Positions 26,558 to 40,030 of a DNA stretch of 64,000 bases are shown one piece after another (within the stretch, counting starts at the first letter, position 1; every line of letters begins with the position of its first letter). The notes under the pieces are model-generated. The model did no database searches, was not told the DNA's origin, and saw only the letters and a program-made list of their open reading frames with translations. The translations under genes were made by a program, and so were the position numbers. Source of the stretch: Felis catus (Eukaryota); NCBI RefSeq assembly GCF_018350175.1, contig NC_058368.1, forward strand, positions 128,652,001-128,716,000. Direction: 5' to 3'.

Positions 26558-28864
26558 AAGAATGTCTAGTCTAGCTGCTATAATTCTTTGTTTAATATTT
26601 TTACTCTTGGCAATATTTAATGAAAATATGTTGCTAAACTTGAAGTTACTAGTAATTATTTTGTGACTGCAATTCATTTATGTACTATCTTGACATTGTA
26701 TATAGAAACATTAATTTTACCAAAGCCCTTAGTGTTATTCACCACCAAATACAGAATGAATGAATGAATGAATGAATAATAAATAAATAAATCAGATAAC
26801 CATATAGAATAAATAAGTCTCTTAGTGAAAAAACTTTTTGAAAACCTATATCAAATATAGTAATGGTTTTTATATCCTAATTTTTATATAATTGTGTAGA
26901 AAATATAATTGTTTAATGTGAGAGGGAATATTTTGTTTCATGGGTTTAAAAAGAATTTAACTCTTTAAATGGCATGAAGGGGATAAGAAGAGAAAATTAC
27001 TTGTTTCAGCCTGATAGGCAGTCTATCTAGGCTAGCATTATTTTCCTGCAGCTGAAATTCAAACATGAGGAAATTGCAGAAATTTACAATTCAATGTGTG
27101 TTTCATCAGGGAGAAATCCACAGATTGTTTTGACACTCAGTTAGAAATTCAGCATGAAGATGGACGTCTCATGAAATTTGCAGCTGCTGATTGAATTTAT
27201 ATTTCCATAAAGGCCATCAACAGTAGCAGCCTGCAGGGGAAGAGGGGGGAAAAATGACAAAAATCGTGAGGCTAGCATTTTTCCTCAGCGTTATAGTGGC
27301 AAATTACTGGTAATAAGGGTTTACACTGACCAGGATTAAAGAAAAATATAGACAGCCAGAAGGGAAGGACTTCTCAGTTTAATTGATTTTAACTAAATAT
27401 GTCTACATTTGATATCTAAATATGTGTTTAGTCATATATAGAAAATGTAAAATGGACCTGAAAGTCAGTTGATTCGTCTTTACTATTTAAACAAGAAAAA
27501 TAAGGTAGTTCTTGAGGTTATAGAAGGTTTTATTGTGTAAGTTATTTTCATAAGAGCCTCTCAAGATAGAAGATAAGTTTTATAGGAACACAATACAAGC
27601 TTGTTTTCTATAAGATTGAAAAATCATTTCATGTTCTTGCAAGTAACCCACAATTCACTTTTTGAGAATACCAACTCATTATTTTCAGTATTAAAAAAAT
27701 TTCTTGAATGGACAGCCAAGTAACAATCACAGATAACAAGTTGCCTTTTCAAGGAAATTATTTTATTCTCATTTTAAAGTGTTATTTTTTTAGCAAAATC
27801 GACAAAAGGTTATTTCTTTTGTTTAAAGCTTATCTTGTAGAGATTTCATATTGTACATGATTTTAAAATATTCATGGATTGTGGGTGAACTAAAGGATTA
27901 AGAATGTGTTCATTGTTCTTGCAGAATTCTTTGTCTCTGTGGACGGTGTGTGCTTTAACCTTAACAGGATGCCCTCAGATGGCTTTATTTGAAAGTTAGT
28001 ATTTGCACAACTGTGTGTAAAAATAATGCCCTTACTGAGAAAAAATACTATATTTTGTTTAAGGTTATACAGTTTAAGTGTAAAAAGTGAGATTATTACC
28101 CAGAAAATATATGCATAATTGTTAGTCTTTATTTTGCTTAACATATTAGATTTTTTAAGAGTATAAGAACATAGAAACTGATTCCAGTTAGTTTTGTTAT
28201 ATGTAATTATATTTGAGAACATCTAATATATCTATCTTTTAAACTATTCTAGTTTGAGAAGAACTGTATGCATGTCTGGTATCTGTGCTTTGAATGTACA
28301 CAAGGACATTTTTCAGAGTTTCAGAATTTAGATGTTAAATAAGCATCTTCAGGTTAGAAAACAAGAATGTTCTTATTCTCCCAGGAGTCTATGATGCTTG
28401 CCTTTTTCAAATCACTTGCAATTGTTTTACTCTCTATTTGTTACCAGAACTTTCCATTTAAATACATTTTCGTTTCTTGTGCATTCGTTTACAAACCAAA
28501 GCAAAATTTGTGAGAGAAGTACCACTGCATCCGGTATATGAAGGTTACAGGTATTTGGGAAAGCTATTTACTCATTTGTGCTTTTTCTTCACTGCATCAT
28601 TCTGGCATACACGATTTTGACTTCCCTGTTTTTTTTTCTTCCTTTCCCTCCCTGCCTTCCACATTTGAGGACTTACTATTCCCAACATTCTAAAATATAG
28701 GGGCTTAACAGATTACCTCTTGTTAAAAGTAACTTTTTCTTTGTTTTAAGTTGCTGTCAATTCCATCACCCAGTCCAATCACAGTATTTGTATTTGCTCT
28801 TTTGGCTTCTTGTCACTGTCCATGTGTATTTTCTTTTTATACATGATATGTAATTTATCTTCCT

Positions 28865-29170
28865 TTATTTATTCAGCAAATATTTATTGACTGGCATCTA
28901 TGTATCAGAGACTATTTTAGGTGCTGGGGGCACAATAGTAAACAAGACAAAGCTCCCTGTCTACTTGCATGGAGTTCGTATTTTAGTGAGAGATATAGAC
29001 AGTAAATAAACGAAAATGCAATATAATGTCATGTAGAAATATGAAAAACTATAAAGCCAGGTAAGGGATGTAACAGAATAAGGATATGGTAACAATTTTG
29101 TAAGTTCCAAAAGGATCTGTCTGAGGATGTGCCATTTGCAAATACAGCTGCGTAAAATAAGGAAGCAAGC
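28865..29170 (-). mobile_element. LINE-2 3' end
   Basis: TTTATTCAGCAAATATTTATTGA...CTATTTTAGGTGCTGGGGGCACAATAGTAAACAAGACA. Confidence 0.7.
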
Positions 29171-29720
29171 AGTATTACAGAGTTCTACTTAATTCTTCTT
29201 TATGTAGCGTGACCCAAATTGCATGGAATACTGTTTATTTATTTATTTTGATTTACAAAAATGGAATCATTATATTCACCTTTCGTTGGCACTTGTGCTT
29301 CTTACTTAACAGTTAAGTCAAGACCGTCACTTAGTCACAAGATAGAGACCTAGAGCAGTTCTTTAAATAGCTGCATATATTTTCATAATATGGATATACT
29401 ACAGTTTAACCTTTGATTAATATACTGGTCATTTGAGTTGCTACCAATTTTTTTCCCTACTACTAAAAATGCTCCAGTAAACATTCTATACAAATATCCT
29501 TTCATACTCATGCTTCTACATCTCTAAGATAAATTCCCAGAAATAGTATTGCTGTGACAAAGGATATGTGCAGTTTTTATTAATAAATATTACCAGAGTA
29601 CTTGCCAAAAAGGTCTTGACAACTCACATTCTTCCCAACAATGTAGGTGAGTTTCCTCTTCTCCACAGTCTTAACTAGCACTAGGTAACTTTGTACTATG
29701 TTTTATCTGTTACCTCTGAC

Positions 29721-30157
29721 TTTTTTTTAAATTTTTATTTAAATTCCAGTTAGTTAATATACAGTGTAATTAGTTTCAGTTCTACAATATAGTGATTCAA
29801 CACATCCATACAACACCCGGTGCTCCTCACAACAAGTGCACTCCTTAATCCTTATCACCTATATCACCTATCCCCTACCTACCTCCCCTCTGGTAAACAT
29901 CATTTTGTTCTCTACAGTTAAGGGTCTGTTTCTTGGTTTGCCTCTATCTTCCTTTGTTGTTGTTGTTTTTTCCTTTGCTCATTTGTTTTGTTTCTTAAAT
30001 TCTACATATGAGTGAAATCATACGGGATTTGTCTTTTTCTCACTGACTTACTTGGCTTAATGTAATACTCTCGACGTCCATCCATATCTTTGCAAATGGC
30101 AAGATTTCATTTTTTTATGGCTGAGTAATATTCCATTGCATATATAAGCCACATCTT
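29721..30157 (-). mobile_element. 5'-truncated carnivore LINE-1 3' UTR/ORF2 end
   Basis: T-run at 29721; ATACAACACCCGGTGCTCCTCACAACAAGTGCACTCCTTAAT; GCAAATGGCAAGATTTCATTT; homology ends at CCACATCTT. Confidence 0.88.
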
Positions 30158-30188
30158 TGGCTTGAATAAAGTATCCTTGAATCAAGGA

Positions 30189-30381
30189 TTAGGGTTAGGG
30201 CCAGGGTTAAGGTTAGGGTATGTACCTGGTATCCTGCAGTACAATGACATCTGCAGAGGGTTAGTTTTAGGGTTAGGATTAGGGTTAGTGGTTAGTGGTT
30301 AGGGCTTAGGAGTAGGGTTAGGGTTAATGTTAGATTTAGGGTCGGTACCTAACATCCTGCAGTTCAGAGACTTCTCCAGAG
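30189..30381 (+). repeat. Interstitial degenerate (TTAGGG)n arrays alternating with a 37-bp spacer (satellite-like dimer)
   Basis: TTAGGG-variant arrays at 30189-30218 and 30258-30341. Spacers at 30222-30258 and 30345-30381 are 29/37 identical by manual alignment. Confidence 0.88.
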
Positions 30382-32069
30382 AATAAAATCGCAGACTTCT
30401 GCTGGGGTGAGAATAGATAATGCAGCCATCTACCAAGCTGAAGCAAAGAGGGGATTTGGGGCTATAAATACTTTTTAAATAACTATTCAGTTGACTTTTC
30501 TGTTTTTATCTCTGTCTTCACTGCTTTTAACCCATCTGTCATCTATCTCCCTGATGTTCAGTCTGTGTGTACTCTAGGCATACAATTTGGAACAGTAGAA
30601 CAATGTGCTAAGTCTTATAGAACTATACAGACTATTTTTTAATGATCTTAACATGTTTAAGTATATGTCTTCACCTACCCTGACCCCCAAAACTTCAGTA
30701 GCACAAGACCTGGCACACTGTAGAAGGGAAGTCTGGGTGCTTTCAAAACCAAATATACAAGATACTTTGATTGCCTGGAAGGTTGGATTATCTATGCAAT
30801 TAATTTATATTTGTCAGGACAGATAAGAGTTCACTACATTTAAAGGGTGTTACCCAAAAGATCAAACAAATTCTTTTGTTGACACTATTTGTCTTTGGGA
30901 TTTAAGCATGTATTTTCCTTATATTGCACATTACTATGATCTGGACACGGTTATTATATTTGTCAGATTGTTGCTGGCTTGTGTATGCATTTCTTCTGGG
31001 TCTGAAATCGCATATATATTTTAGGCCTGTCCTCTGAAATTTTTTGAGTAATGTTGTTGATATTTTATTGGGCAGGTGTTTTCACCCCAGTATACGATAT
31101 GCACTAGTGAGCAGAGGTCAGGGAGGCGAAAGCTGTTTGTTTTTTGCCAAGATGTTTGTTACAGCCATATAAAACTGTATTCCCATTTTCAGATTTAAAG
31201 TTTAAACAAAGTGCATCCTTGTCTCAACCAGTCTCTTCATTTTAGAGTCTAATGTTGAAATGTCCCTTTGCTATCAGCTAGCCCAATATTCTTTTCACAG
31301 CCACCCACCCAGAAGGTAATGTTTATAGTATATCTTGGTTTCTGCCATTATTTATTCTTCATGAGAACTCCAGCAAGAGCCTGCATCACTATAAATGTAG
31401 TATGCATTAGCACCTGGACTCTAGAGAAAAGGGAAATTGTGATCCTGATTCAACCCTGCTTGACAGAGATCATGTCTTTAAATGGTAGATCTCAAAGATT
31501 ATTCATTCTCACAAGTGCAAAGAGCCAGGTGGTATTTCAGGTTTTTAATGTAGGACAGGTTTGAGGGTGTTTGGAGTTGGTTTTAGTAGTGTGGGATATA
31601 TTGGAATCTTACGTGATATGCCATACTGTCACTGATAGGTAGTTCGGGAGGACATAGTGATTAATCCAGGAGAGTTCTGACAGAATTTTGAAAATATGGG
31701 CTGAATGGAAATGACAAGTAGGGAACTTTATCAACTCTTCAAATTAAGTCTGAAGTTGTTTTATACAGAGTAGCCAAATCTCTTTTGCCTTCCTGTTGCC
31801 TGTTTTCCCATTCCCTGTCTTATTCATTCTTATCATTTGAATGTGATTTGAGAATGCACTGCTCTTCTATGGTTAGAGATTGATATTTTGGTTTAGAAAC
31901 TGAACCTTGGTTCAGTTTAACCTTCAGTTAAACCTTCAGTTTAGAAACTGAAACTTGGAATAAAACTCTTCCAAGCTCTAATATCAACAAGAGACCTCAG
32001 CTTTTAGGTCCTTTATTGAATCTTACTCTTTAGTTTGGACCACTTTTCTTTTTAAGGTATCAGCTTCTT

Positions 32070-32215
32070 GGGTGCCTGGGTGGCTCAGTCACTTAAGCAT
32101 TCAACTTCAGCTAAAGTCATGATCATGCAGTCCATGAGTTCGAGCCTGGAGCTGCTTCAGCCTCTGTGTCTCTCTCTCTCTCTCAAATAAGTAAATAAAC
32201 ATTTAAAAAAATTTT
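32070..32215 (+). mobile_element. CanSINE with an internal deletion
   Basis: GGGTGCCTGGGTGGCTCAG head; GAGTTCGAGCC joins directly to TGGAGC; near-TSD TTTTAAGGT(AT)CAGC. Confidence 0.9.
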
Positions 32216-34175
32216 TAAGGTCAGCATTAGATTTTTTTATGTGTAAAATCATTGACTATGTTTTCCTTCATTAACGTTTCTTTCTTGGCATTTTCAAATT
32301 TTGAAGTGTGTCTCAAACTATTTTGCTGAAAGTCTAATAGATAAAATTCACAAATAAGGAATATTATATCTAGATGGTTTAACAATTATTTTTTTTCTAT
32401 TTTCCTATTGTTTTCTTCCTCTTTTCTTTTTTCCCCTTTAAATTATAATACTTACTAATAATCTTATTTGAAGATTACTTCTAATTCCCCAGATAATTGA
32501 TGAGGTCTCTTGTTATAGCAAAGGCCAAGCAGTATACATAATATAACCTTTTTATTTTAAACTAGAACTTTAAGATTTTCCCTGAACCTACTTCTACCAA
32601 ACCCCCATTTCATCTTTAGTTACCATTATTCTTTGCCTTAGGTATGCCATTTCTCTGTCTCCTTAGCTCCTTTCCCTGACTGCCCTACCATATTACCATC
32701 AGCTCGTCTGGTTAGTTCCTTTGGCTCCTCTTTTATTTAAAGTTAATTTTGTACAGGCCCCTTGTTGATAGCCATTATCCTTATGAGCCACTTCAGCTCA
32801 TGTAAGAATCATGGATATGGGTGCAAGTTCTTTGCCACTCAGCATCCATTAAATAACCATTGTTTTTTCACATGGGTAACTTGTAAGAAATTGAGTTTAT
32901 ATAGGGCTTCTTTTTTCACCTTACTGGTTATACTGTATGAAGACAGTCATGTAGATTTTTTAATGTCATCTTCCTATGATAGTATATAATTAAGCTGTTA
33001 TAGTGATGTGGAAAATGTTAAAGGCATCATTTCAAGTGGGGGTTTTATTATATATTATCCCTCATGATATGGATCTGATACCTATTTTGTGATATAGATT
33101 TAATTTTTATCACAGAATTATTTATGTTTTCACTTACTGAGATGTGTAATTAGTAAACCTAGAACTAGGTAAGATACTTTTTGAATGATAAGTATAGATA
33201 ATTCCTTTATACATACAAATACATTTATTTCTATACTTGTTCAACAGAAATTCATATTCTCGCTATGATAATCTTAAACCCTCATGAGATAGAATTCTTT
33301 CTTTCTTGGGAAAATTTGGGCTCATATATATTTTTAAAAGTCAGAGCAGAGGTATAGCGAAAGTATACTAAGAGGACCACTTGAAAGGAGTTTTAACTTC
33401 TTGCAAAAAAAGGAATAGGGAGAGTTTAGACAGAAAGAATGTTTTTATATTTAACTCTACAGAAAAAAGTATACATAAATAAATTTGTGCACATATGCAC
33501 ACTCATACACACACCTGATTCATATTATAAATTAATGGCTGAGGTCCTCATTCGTTATATCAAAAGGAGAGTGAGACTTCTACTCATGGCCTAATTCTGA
33601 TTATCAAGGAGAAAATTTATTAGTAAGGTAGAAACTTGAGAGCATTCAATGTATAATTTCAGAGTTTATGATAGCCAAGGAAAGTAGTGTTTTGGGAGTT
33701 ACATGTGTATTCTATCCTATACATTAAAAGTAGAAGCTTCACAAAGCTCTGCAGGAAAAATAGATGTTTATGTTTCAAAGAGAATGGAAAGATCAACAAA
33801 ACAACACAAAACATTGTTCACAGTATATATGTAAATGATTCTGATAAGCAAGAAATAGAAACTCTGCTATAAGGAGTGCTGTAACTAGAGTTTTAAAAGG
33901 ACAAGTTCACAAAAGTACCTGTAACTGTAGCCGTAAGCAATGTGATGGCAACAAGTGAGGGGGCCTGATGTATTCCCACATAGTCATTAAACACATACCA
34001 ATATTTTTGACACATCATGTATATAATAATTGTCTAAGGCATTTAGAAACAAATTCTAACAAAATGGCATAGTTAAACTATGAATGGAACATAAAGCCAA
34101 GGACATTGCTCATACCAGTAAAACAATACTAGAAGGGCTAAATCTCAAAACGAGAGATGAGATTTAAAAAAAAAA

Positions 34176-34383
34176 ATTTTTTTTTAATGTTTATTTTCTT
34201 GAGAGAAAGAGAGCGTGAGTAGGGGAGGGGCAGAGAGAGAGAGAGGAAGACACAGAATCCGAAGCAGGTTCCAGGCTCTGAGCTGTTAGCATAGAGCCTG
34301 ACACGGGGCTTGAACTGACAAACTGTGAGGTCATGACCTGAGCCGAAGTTGGACGCTTAACCAACTGAGCCACCCAGGCATCC
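34176..34383 (-). mobile_element. Felid CanSINE
   Basis: Antisense full-length SINEC motifs. Confidence 0.95.
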
Positions 34384-34440
34384 TGAAATTTTTTTAAACT
34401 CTGAAATAACACAAAATGGCTGTCCACCTTTGTGTAGGAA

Positions 34441-34442
<2 letters not shown>

Positions 34443-34482
<40 letters not shown>
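34443..34482. repeat. (TG)n microsatellite
   Basis: Perfect TG run. Confidence 0.98.
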
Positions 34483-34485
<3 letters not shown>

Positions 34486-35261
34486 TTGATTTTTCTTAAA
34501 TAGGTAAATATTTGTGGATAACAGATATGTTCTTATTTGGTAATATACTATAGTCTAAATATCAGTATTACATAGCCACAAAAAAAGGCTAAAAATTTTT
34601 GAAGCATTAACATTTCATAAACTTAACCCCTGCTTGAGAACACAGTGTGTTTTTAATGGATGACAGAGAGTATGACAACTATATTCCTTTCTTTTGCTCC
34701 TATTTTTTGAGGACAAGTACTTTTAAGCTAAAAATATAAAATAAGCAAAGGCAAGAGGGGACGTAAAATACTCAGCAAATCTAAAAATGGCCCAAATTTT
34801 TGGAAACACCATTCTTTGTACTTTGTATTCTCAACCACAGAACAGCCCTTTCTGTCCTCTTCACTGCCACACCAGGAGGCACAGGATATGGGCCTGCTCC
34901 TGAGATCTTGTCTGGAGTTAGAACTCCTCAGATCATCATCAACTCGTTTGATTGTCATCTTATTCTTAGGTTTACTTAAAACTAAACAAATAAAAAGAAT
35001 GCCTTCAAGAGGTTTTTTTTTTTTTTCTATTGGTCAGTGATGTTATTGTTAAGGCATATGTTTTCATTGCTAGTGCAATCTAGAGCATATTATTGGTCTT
35101 TACTATAGCTTGAAATACTGAAATTTTTCATAAGAAAGCTATAATATCTAAACAGACATTAAAAATCAGTAGTGTTATTTAAAATACAAAATTTTCTCAG
35201 TAGGAGATACTTAGTTTCTGTAATAGGTAATTAGTAAATAAACCACAGAATTCAGTGTCTT

Positions 35262-35470
35262 TTTTTTTTTAATTTTTATTTATATTTGAGACAGAGAGAC
35301 GGAGCATGAGCGGGGGAGGAGCAGACAGAGAGGGAGACACAGAATCCAAAGCAGGCTCCAGGCTCTGAGCTGTCAGCACAGAGTCCGATCCAGAGTTCAG
35401 ACTCCCAAACCCTGAGATCATGACCTGAACCAAAGTTGGATGCTTAACCGACTGAGCTACCCAGTCGCTC
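35262..35470 (-). mobile_element. Felid CanSINE
   Basis: TSD CAGAATTCAGTGTCTT at 35246-35261 and 35471-35486. Confidence 0.95.
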
Positions 35471-38400
35471 CAGAATTCAGTGTCTTATTATGAATGTTTA
35501 TTTCTTGAATAAGGTAACTCTCATTTATATTTTCATCTCTTGGAAAAAAATTTTCAAGGTTGACAAGGGGAAAAGAGAGCTGAAGGCTTACTTGGGATAA
35601 TTTTAAGCGCTAGACCTGCAAGAGGCATATATATCACTCCCACCTGAATTCCACCAACCAGAACCCAATCCTATGACTGCCACCTAACTGCAAGGGGTCC
35701 TGGAAAATGTAGAGGAGCACATGCATGTTTGGTGAGCAGTAACGTACCTGCCACAGATTATTATATTCATTTAGATGAATGTTTATTGCAAACTATGCAT
35801 GTGACTCTTCCAGGCACAGGGGTAAATAGAAGGACAAGTAAATCATGATTTCTTACCTCAAGTGGATCGTAATTCAAGAGTCATTGTAGATCACTGCTTG
35901 TTTATAGTTTTAGATTCTCAAAACAAATCCTTTGCTTATTCTTAGGATGAGGCTAATAAGTATTTTTTTTAAAACAACCAAATGAGTTGTATCTATTATC
36001 TATGTCTCTTAGGATTCAGGCAAGAAACAGAGGCTATGTTTAAATTAAGTAATAAAGGTACTATGTGAGGGTGTGGGCAGGGTCTCAGAGGGAAACCACT
36101 GAGGTGGTGTAGGAAACCACAAGTCCAATACTGGAGATCTAACCACATCTCCGAGCTTGAAAGGGTGAGGAAAGAAGTGGTTTCTGGGACTTCAAGTTGT
36201 GACTTTGGGATAAGGGAGACAGCCAGCTTATTTGACCTTGCAGGGAGTGAGCCAGCAAAGTAAGTTCTCTGACCTTATTCTCCTCCTTTCCTCCAGTCTC
36301 CCATGGTATTCTCTATTATCTGAATCCCAGTGGAAGACAGAGAGCAAGGAACCTGTTGATGTAATCCATAAAGGTCAGCTTTCTGGGGCAGAGGGCAGAA
36401 AGGTGGAGACATTTGGAGGGGTAAAAAGCACACAGTCCTAAAAAATTTTGTCTCTTTGGTAAATATTTTCAAGGCCTGTTCATTGTAAATCTGTAAGTAC
36501 CATAGGGTGTGTACAAAAGCTATGCCTTTTCTTTCGAGGGCCTTGCTATCTAGTTAGGGAGAAGAAATCACAAACAAAAACTAAATTCAGAGGCAAGTTT
36601 CTAGAAGGTCTGTATTCAAGCAGTGATTTAGTGCTGCGCGGAGCATTAGATGAGGAATCATTGATGTAGTTCAGAAGAGGAAGAGATTATTGCACTCTTG
36701 AAGTGTTAAGGAAGGCTTTGAAAGAACCAGAATTTGGCTATGAATGGGTTGACGAGTTTTATAGACAACAAGAAGGACAAAGTAATACATAAACATAATT
36801 TGCTCAGGGTATATAGTGAGTGTAGAGTGTAATTGAAGGTGGCAATTCATACAAAAGTTAGAGGTAAGTTTAGAAATAGTTTGAGGTGAGACTTTAGAAA
36901 ATCATGAAGAGCAAACTGAGAAATTTATGCATTTTAAAACCATCATAGTTTTCTGAGAGAGGTTATAAGGTGTTTGTGGTAAAAAGTGTTCTGCAGTGAA
37001 ACACATTTGGGAAATGTGTACTTTCCCAACCTTGTATATGTGTAATGTGTATTTAACATATTAATAGATCATGAAGTCTTGCTGTACAGAACCCACTTTT
37101 TTGTTAAGCTACATTTGACAAGAGAATACACCCTCTTCCCTTTTTTTTTAAATTTTTTTTAAGCTAAAACATGTTAGAATCTTGTGAAACTCTGGTATCG
37201 TATAAACTGTGTTTTGGGAAATGCTTCTGTAGGTAATGGGAAGCCTTTGATAGTTCTAAAAGAGTTATGACATGAATAAAAGTGTATTTTAGGGAAATTT
37301 GCCTGGCAGTGTTGTGCAGAATGGATTGGGGTGCAGATGAAGTTGAATGAAGGGGGTGAAACAGAAGTTACTGCTTCTGCAATAATCCAGGCACACAGTG
37401 CTTGCTAATCTGAAGTCAGTGGTAGTAGTGGCTGTAAAAACTGCACACTTGGGAGAGGCATTAGGGAAGAAGTGACTCAGTGACTGAATGAATATGGGAG
37501 ATAAGAGGGAAGGAAGAGAAAGTCAGGCAGAGAATGGAAAGAGGGAAGCAGGTGTCAGGAATGACACAAACTAGGACTTTGAGGCCCAAATCTTCCAGTT
37601 CTGTGTTTGTTAAACTGCACTCAATAATGTACACAGACCATTAAGAATAAGGTAAAAAGGCATTTGAGAAGTTTGAGTGACAGCATACAAAGGGCAACAT
37701 AATGCCTGTTCTGGAAATGAGTTTAAAAGAATATGTCCTGGAAATAATTGAGCATCATGATGGTCTCAAAACTGGTTGTGATTCAGAGAGCAGAGTTCTA
37801 GCCAAGCTAGGTTGATGGACCAGACCACGGGGATTATATATAAATAGCCAATTCACACTGTATTTACTGGTCATACCTGTAAATTTAGATTTTTTTTTCA
37901 CTCCCTTCTCCACCAAAAAGAAGAATTTTGGCACAGAACCAGGTTAGGGTAAGAGCCAATTGTATCTTGTTCATTTGAGGTTGTGTTAACAGTAATAACC
38001 TAAGAACATTGTTCATTCTTATCTCATGTTCTTAACACACTTCAAACCAAAATCATGTTAGCAACCAGCTGCTGGCCTAATGTGTATGTAGAGCCACATC
38101 CTAAAGGAAACTGGTGTTGGACAAAGAGAGGGATACTATGTAACTCTTTTAAAAAATATGTGTTACTGAGTCAGAATTAATTATTTGAAAAGGGAAAAAC
38201 CCAGACTCTGTAGCATTGTTTTGGGAACTCATATATCTTAATTGGTACTCTTGTTGCAGCTGTAACTTTTTTTTCTTTTCATTTCATATGCTTGCTGTCA
38301 TTTGCCCATTTCTCTTCTGTGCATGAATGCTTTTTTCTTTATCTTCTGATATTGTGTTTTTATTTATGGAAGACAAAGTACAGTGTGATGCTTCTTTATT

Positions 38401-39594
38401 ACTTGCTAAATTCCTTGTTTACATGCTAAATCCCTATTTTAATGTAGTTTGGGGATAAATGTACTGAAAATATTCACTGCTTATATTTTCAGTTTTGAAT
38501 TTATTCATATTGTGACAGTAATTGGTAGAAAACTGTTTCTCACAGCTGACAGGCCAAAAAAAAAAAAAAAAAAGCTTAGGGACAAAGCTACCACATGCCA
38601 GGGTGCTGAGGGCCCATCAGATATTTAAAGAAGTGGCATTTGTACTTGCATTATTTAAGCTACTGTTGAAGAAGAGATGAGAAGAGACCATATTTGTAGC
38701 AAGCATATTATAGAACTCATTTTCTGAAGAATCATGTTTTTGAAGAAGGTATAACATCTATCAGACATTTTATAAAGCACACAAAACAAATATATAAAAG
38801 TTCTTCTCAAAAAGAACTGGAAACTGTGAATGCTATGGCATAATTTTTTTTTATTTTAAATCTCCCAAATTGAAACAAATATATCTACATCCTAGAAATT
38901 AGTAATTAAGACCAAATTTCAAACCAAGTGTTGGTGAATAATTTTATCATTTTGTATCACAGAAATACTCTTTGGTAAACACTGTTTAAAGATGCATATT
39001 TAATTTCTGTTTTGCCAATTAACTCAGATCATTAATTATCAGACTGTGATTTGGTGGATCTGGGACATCTGATGTCTTTAAGAACACCTCAAGTGACAGA
39101 ATAGCTGCTCTTTGGCTTTCGTGATGATGGCTCTATTTCTGTTCTTTTTTGCAAGTATGAATAACTCTGTTTAATAAAAATAAAAGAGCAGCTCACTGAT
39201 GTCTCATCAGAGAGAAAGCCAAACTTGCCCTTCATCCTGATGAGATATGCTGGTGTAAGCAGGAGTGATGAAACAGTCCTTTCTAGTTCATTTTGTTATT
39301 TTTAATAGTACATGGGTGAGATTTCAAAGAGCCGTTGATGTAGATCAGGACCCAATAACTTTTTCGGCCTTTGAGGATATTCTATTAAATTGTCTAGCTC
39401 CATTGTTAAAGAGAGGATTTGTACAATGCATTTAAGAACATTTAAGAAGTAGCTGAGTTGTCCTCCTTCTCTGGCTTTAACTATGAAACAGATTGTAAAA
39501 CACTTCAACCTGAAGTTTACAGTCTGACAAATTTTTGTTTTGCTTTGCTTTTTTTGTTTGTTTGTTTTGCTTTTTTTTCTTCATTCATGGTCAA

Positions 39595-40030
39595 TGTGAT
39601 GGGTTGAATAGTGTCTCCCAAAAGTTCATGTCTGCCCAAAATCTCAGAACCTTTTGGAGGTAGGATGTTTGCATATGTGATTAGTTAGGATAGGGTCCTG
39701 ATGGATTAGAATAGGCCCTAAATCCAATGACTAGTGTCTTTATTAGAGGAGGAGAGGGCATACAGAGTCATACACAGGGAAGAAGTCCATGTGAAGATGA
39801 AGGCAGGGATTGGAGTAATGCAGCTATGAGCCCAGGAATGCTAAGGATTGCCATCACCACTAGAAGAGGCAAAGACAGGTGTCCCCTGGAGTCTTCAGAG
39901 GGAGCATGGCCCCTGCCTACACCTTGATTTTGGACTTCTAGCCTCCAGAGCTGTGAGAGAACAAATGTCTATTGTTTTATGCTACCCAGTTTGTGGTACT
40001 TTGTTATGGCAGCACTAGGAAACCAAGAGA
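39595..40030 (+). mobile_element. MaLR solo LTR (MLT1B/C-like)
   Basis: TGTGATGGGTTGAATAGTGTCTCCCAAAA start; ACCTTGATTTTGGACTTCTAGCCTCCAGAGCTGTGAGAGAACAAAT; near-TSD GTCAA/GTCAG. Confidence 0.85.

Noticed and set aside
30189..30381. CRISPR-like repeat-spacer array
   Set aside because: Only two diverged units in eukaryotic DNA, with telomere-like variable parts and no cas genes.
31180..31322. Candidate exon ending AAG/GTAATG
   Set aside because: All three frames are closed from the first acceptor; the one open frame from a downstream acceptor gives an unrecognisable peptide.
39237..39290. CTGATGA...GAAA as a hammerhead ribozyme core
   Set aside because: Stems I, II and III cannot be formed consistently in type I or type III topology, and CTGATGA is sequestered in a different hairpin.
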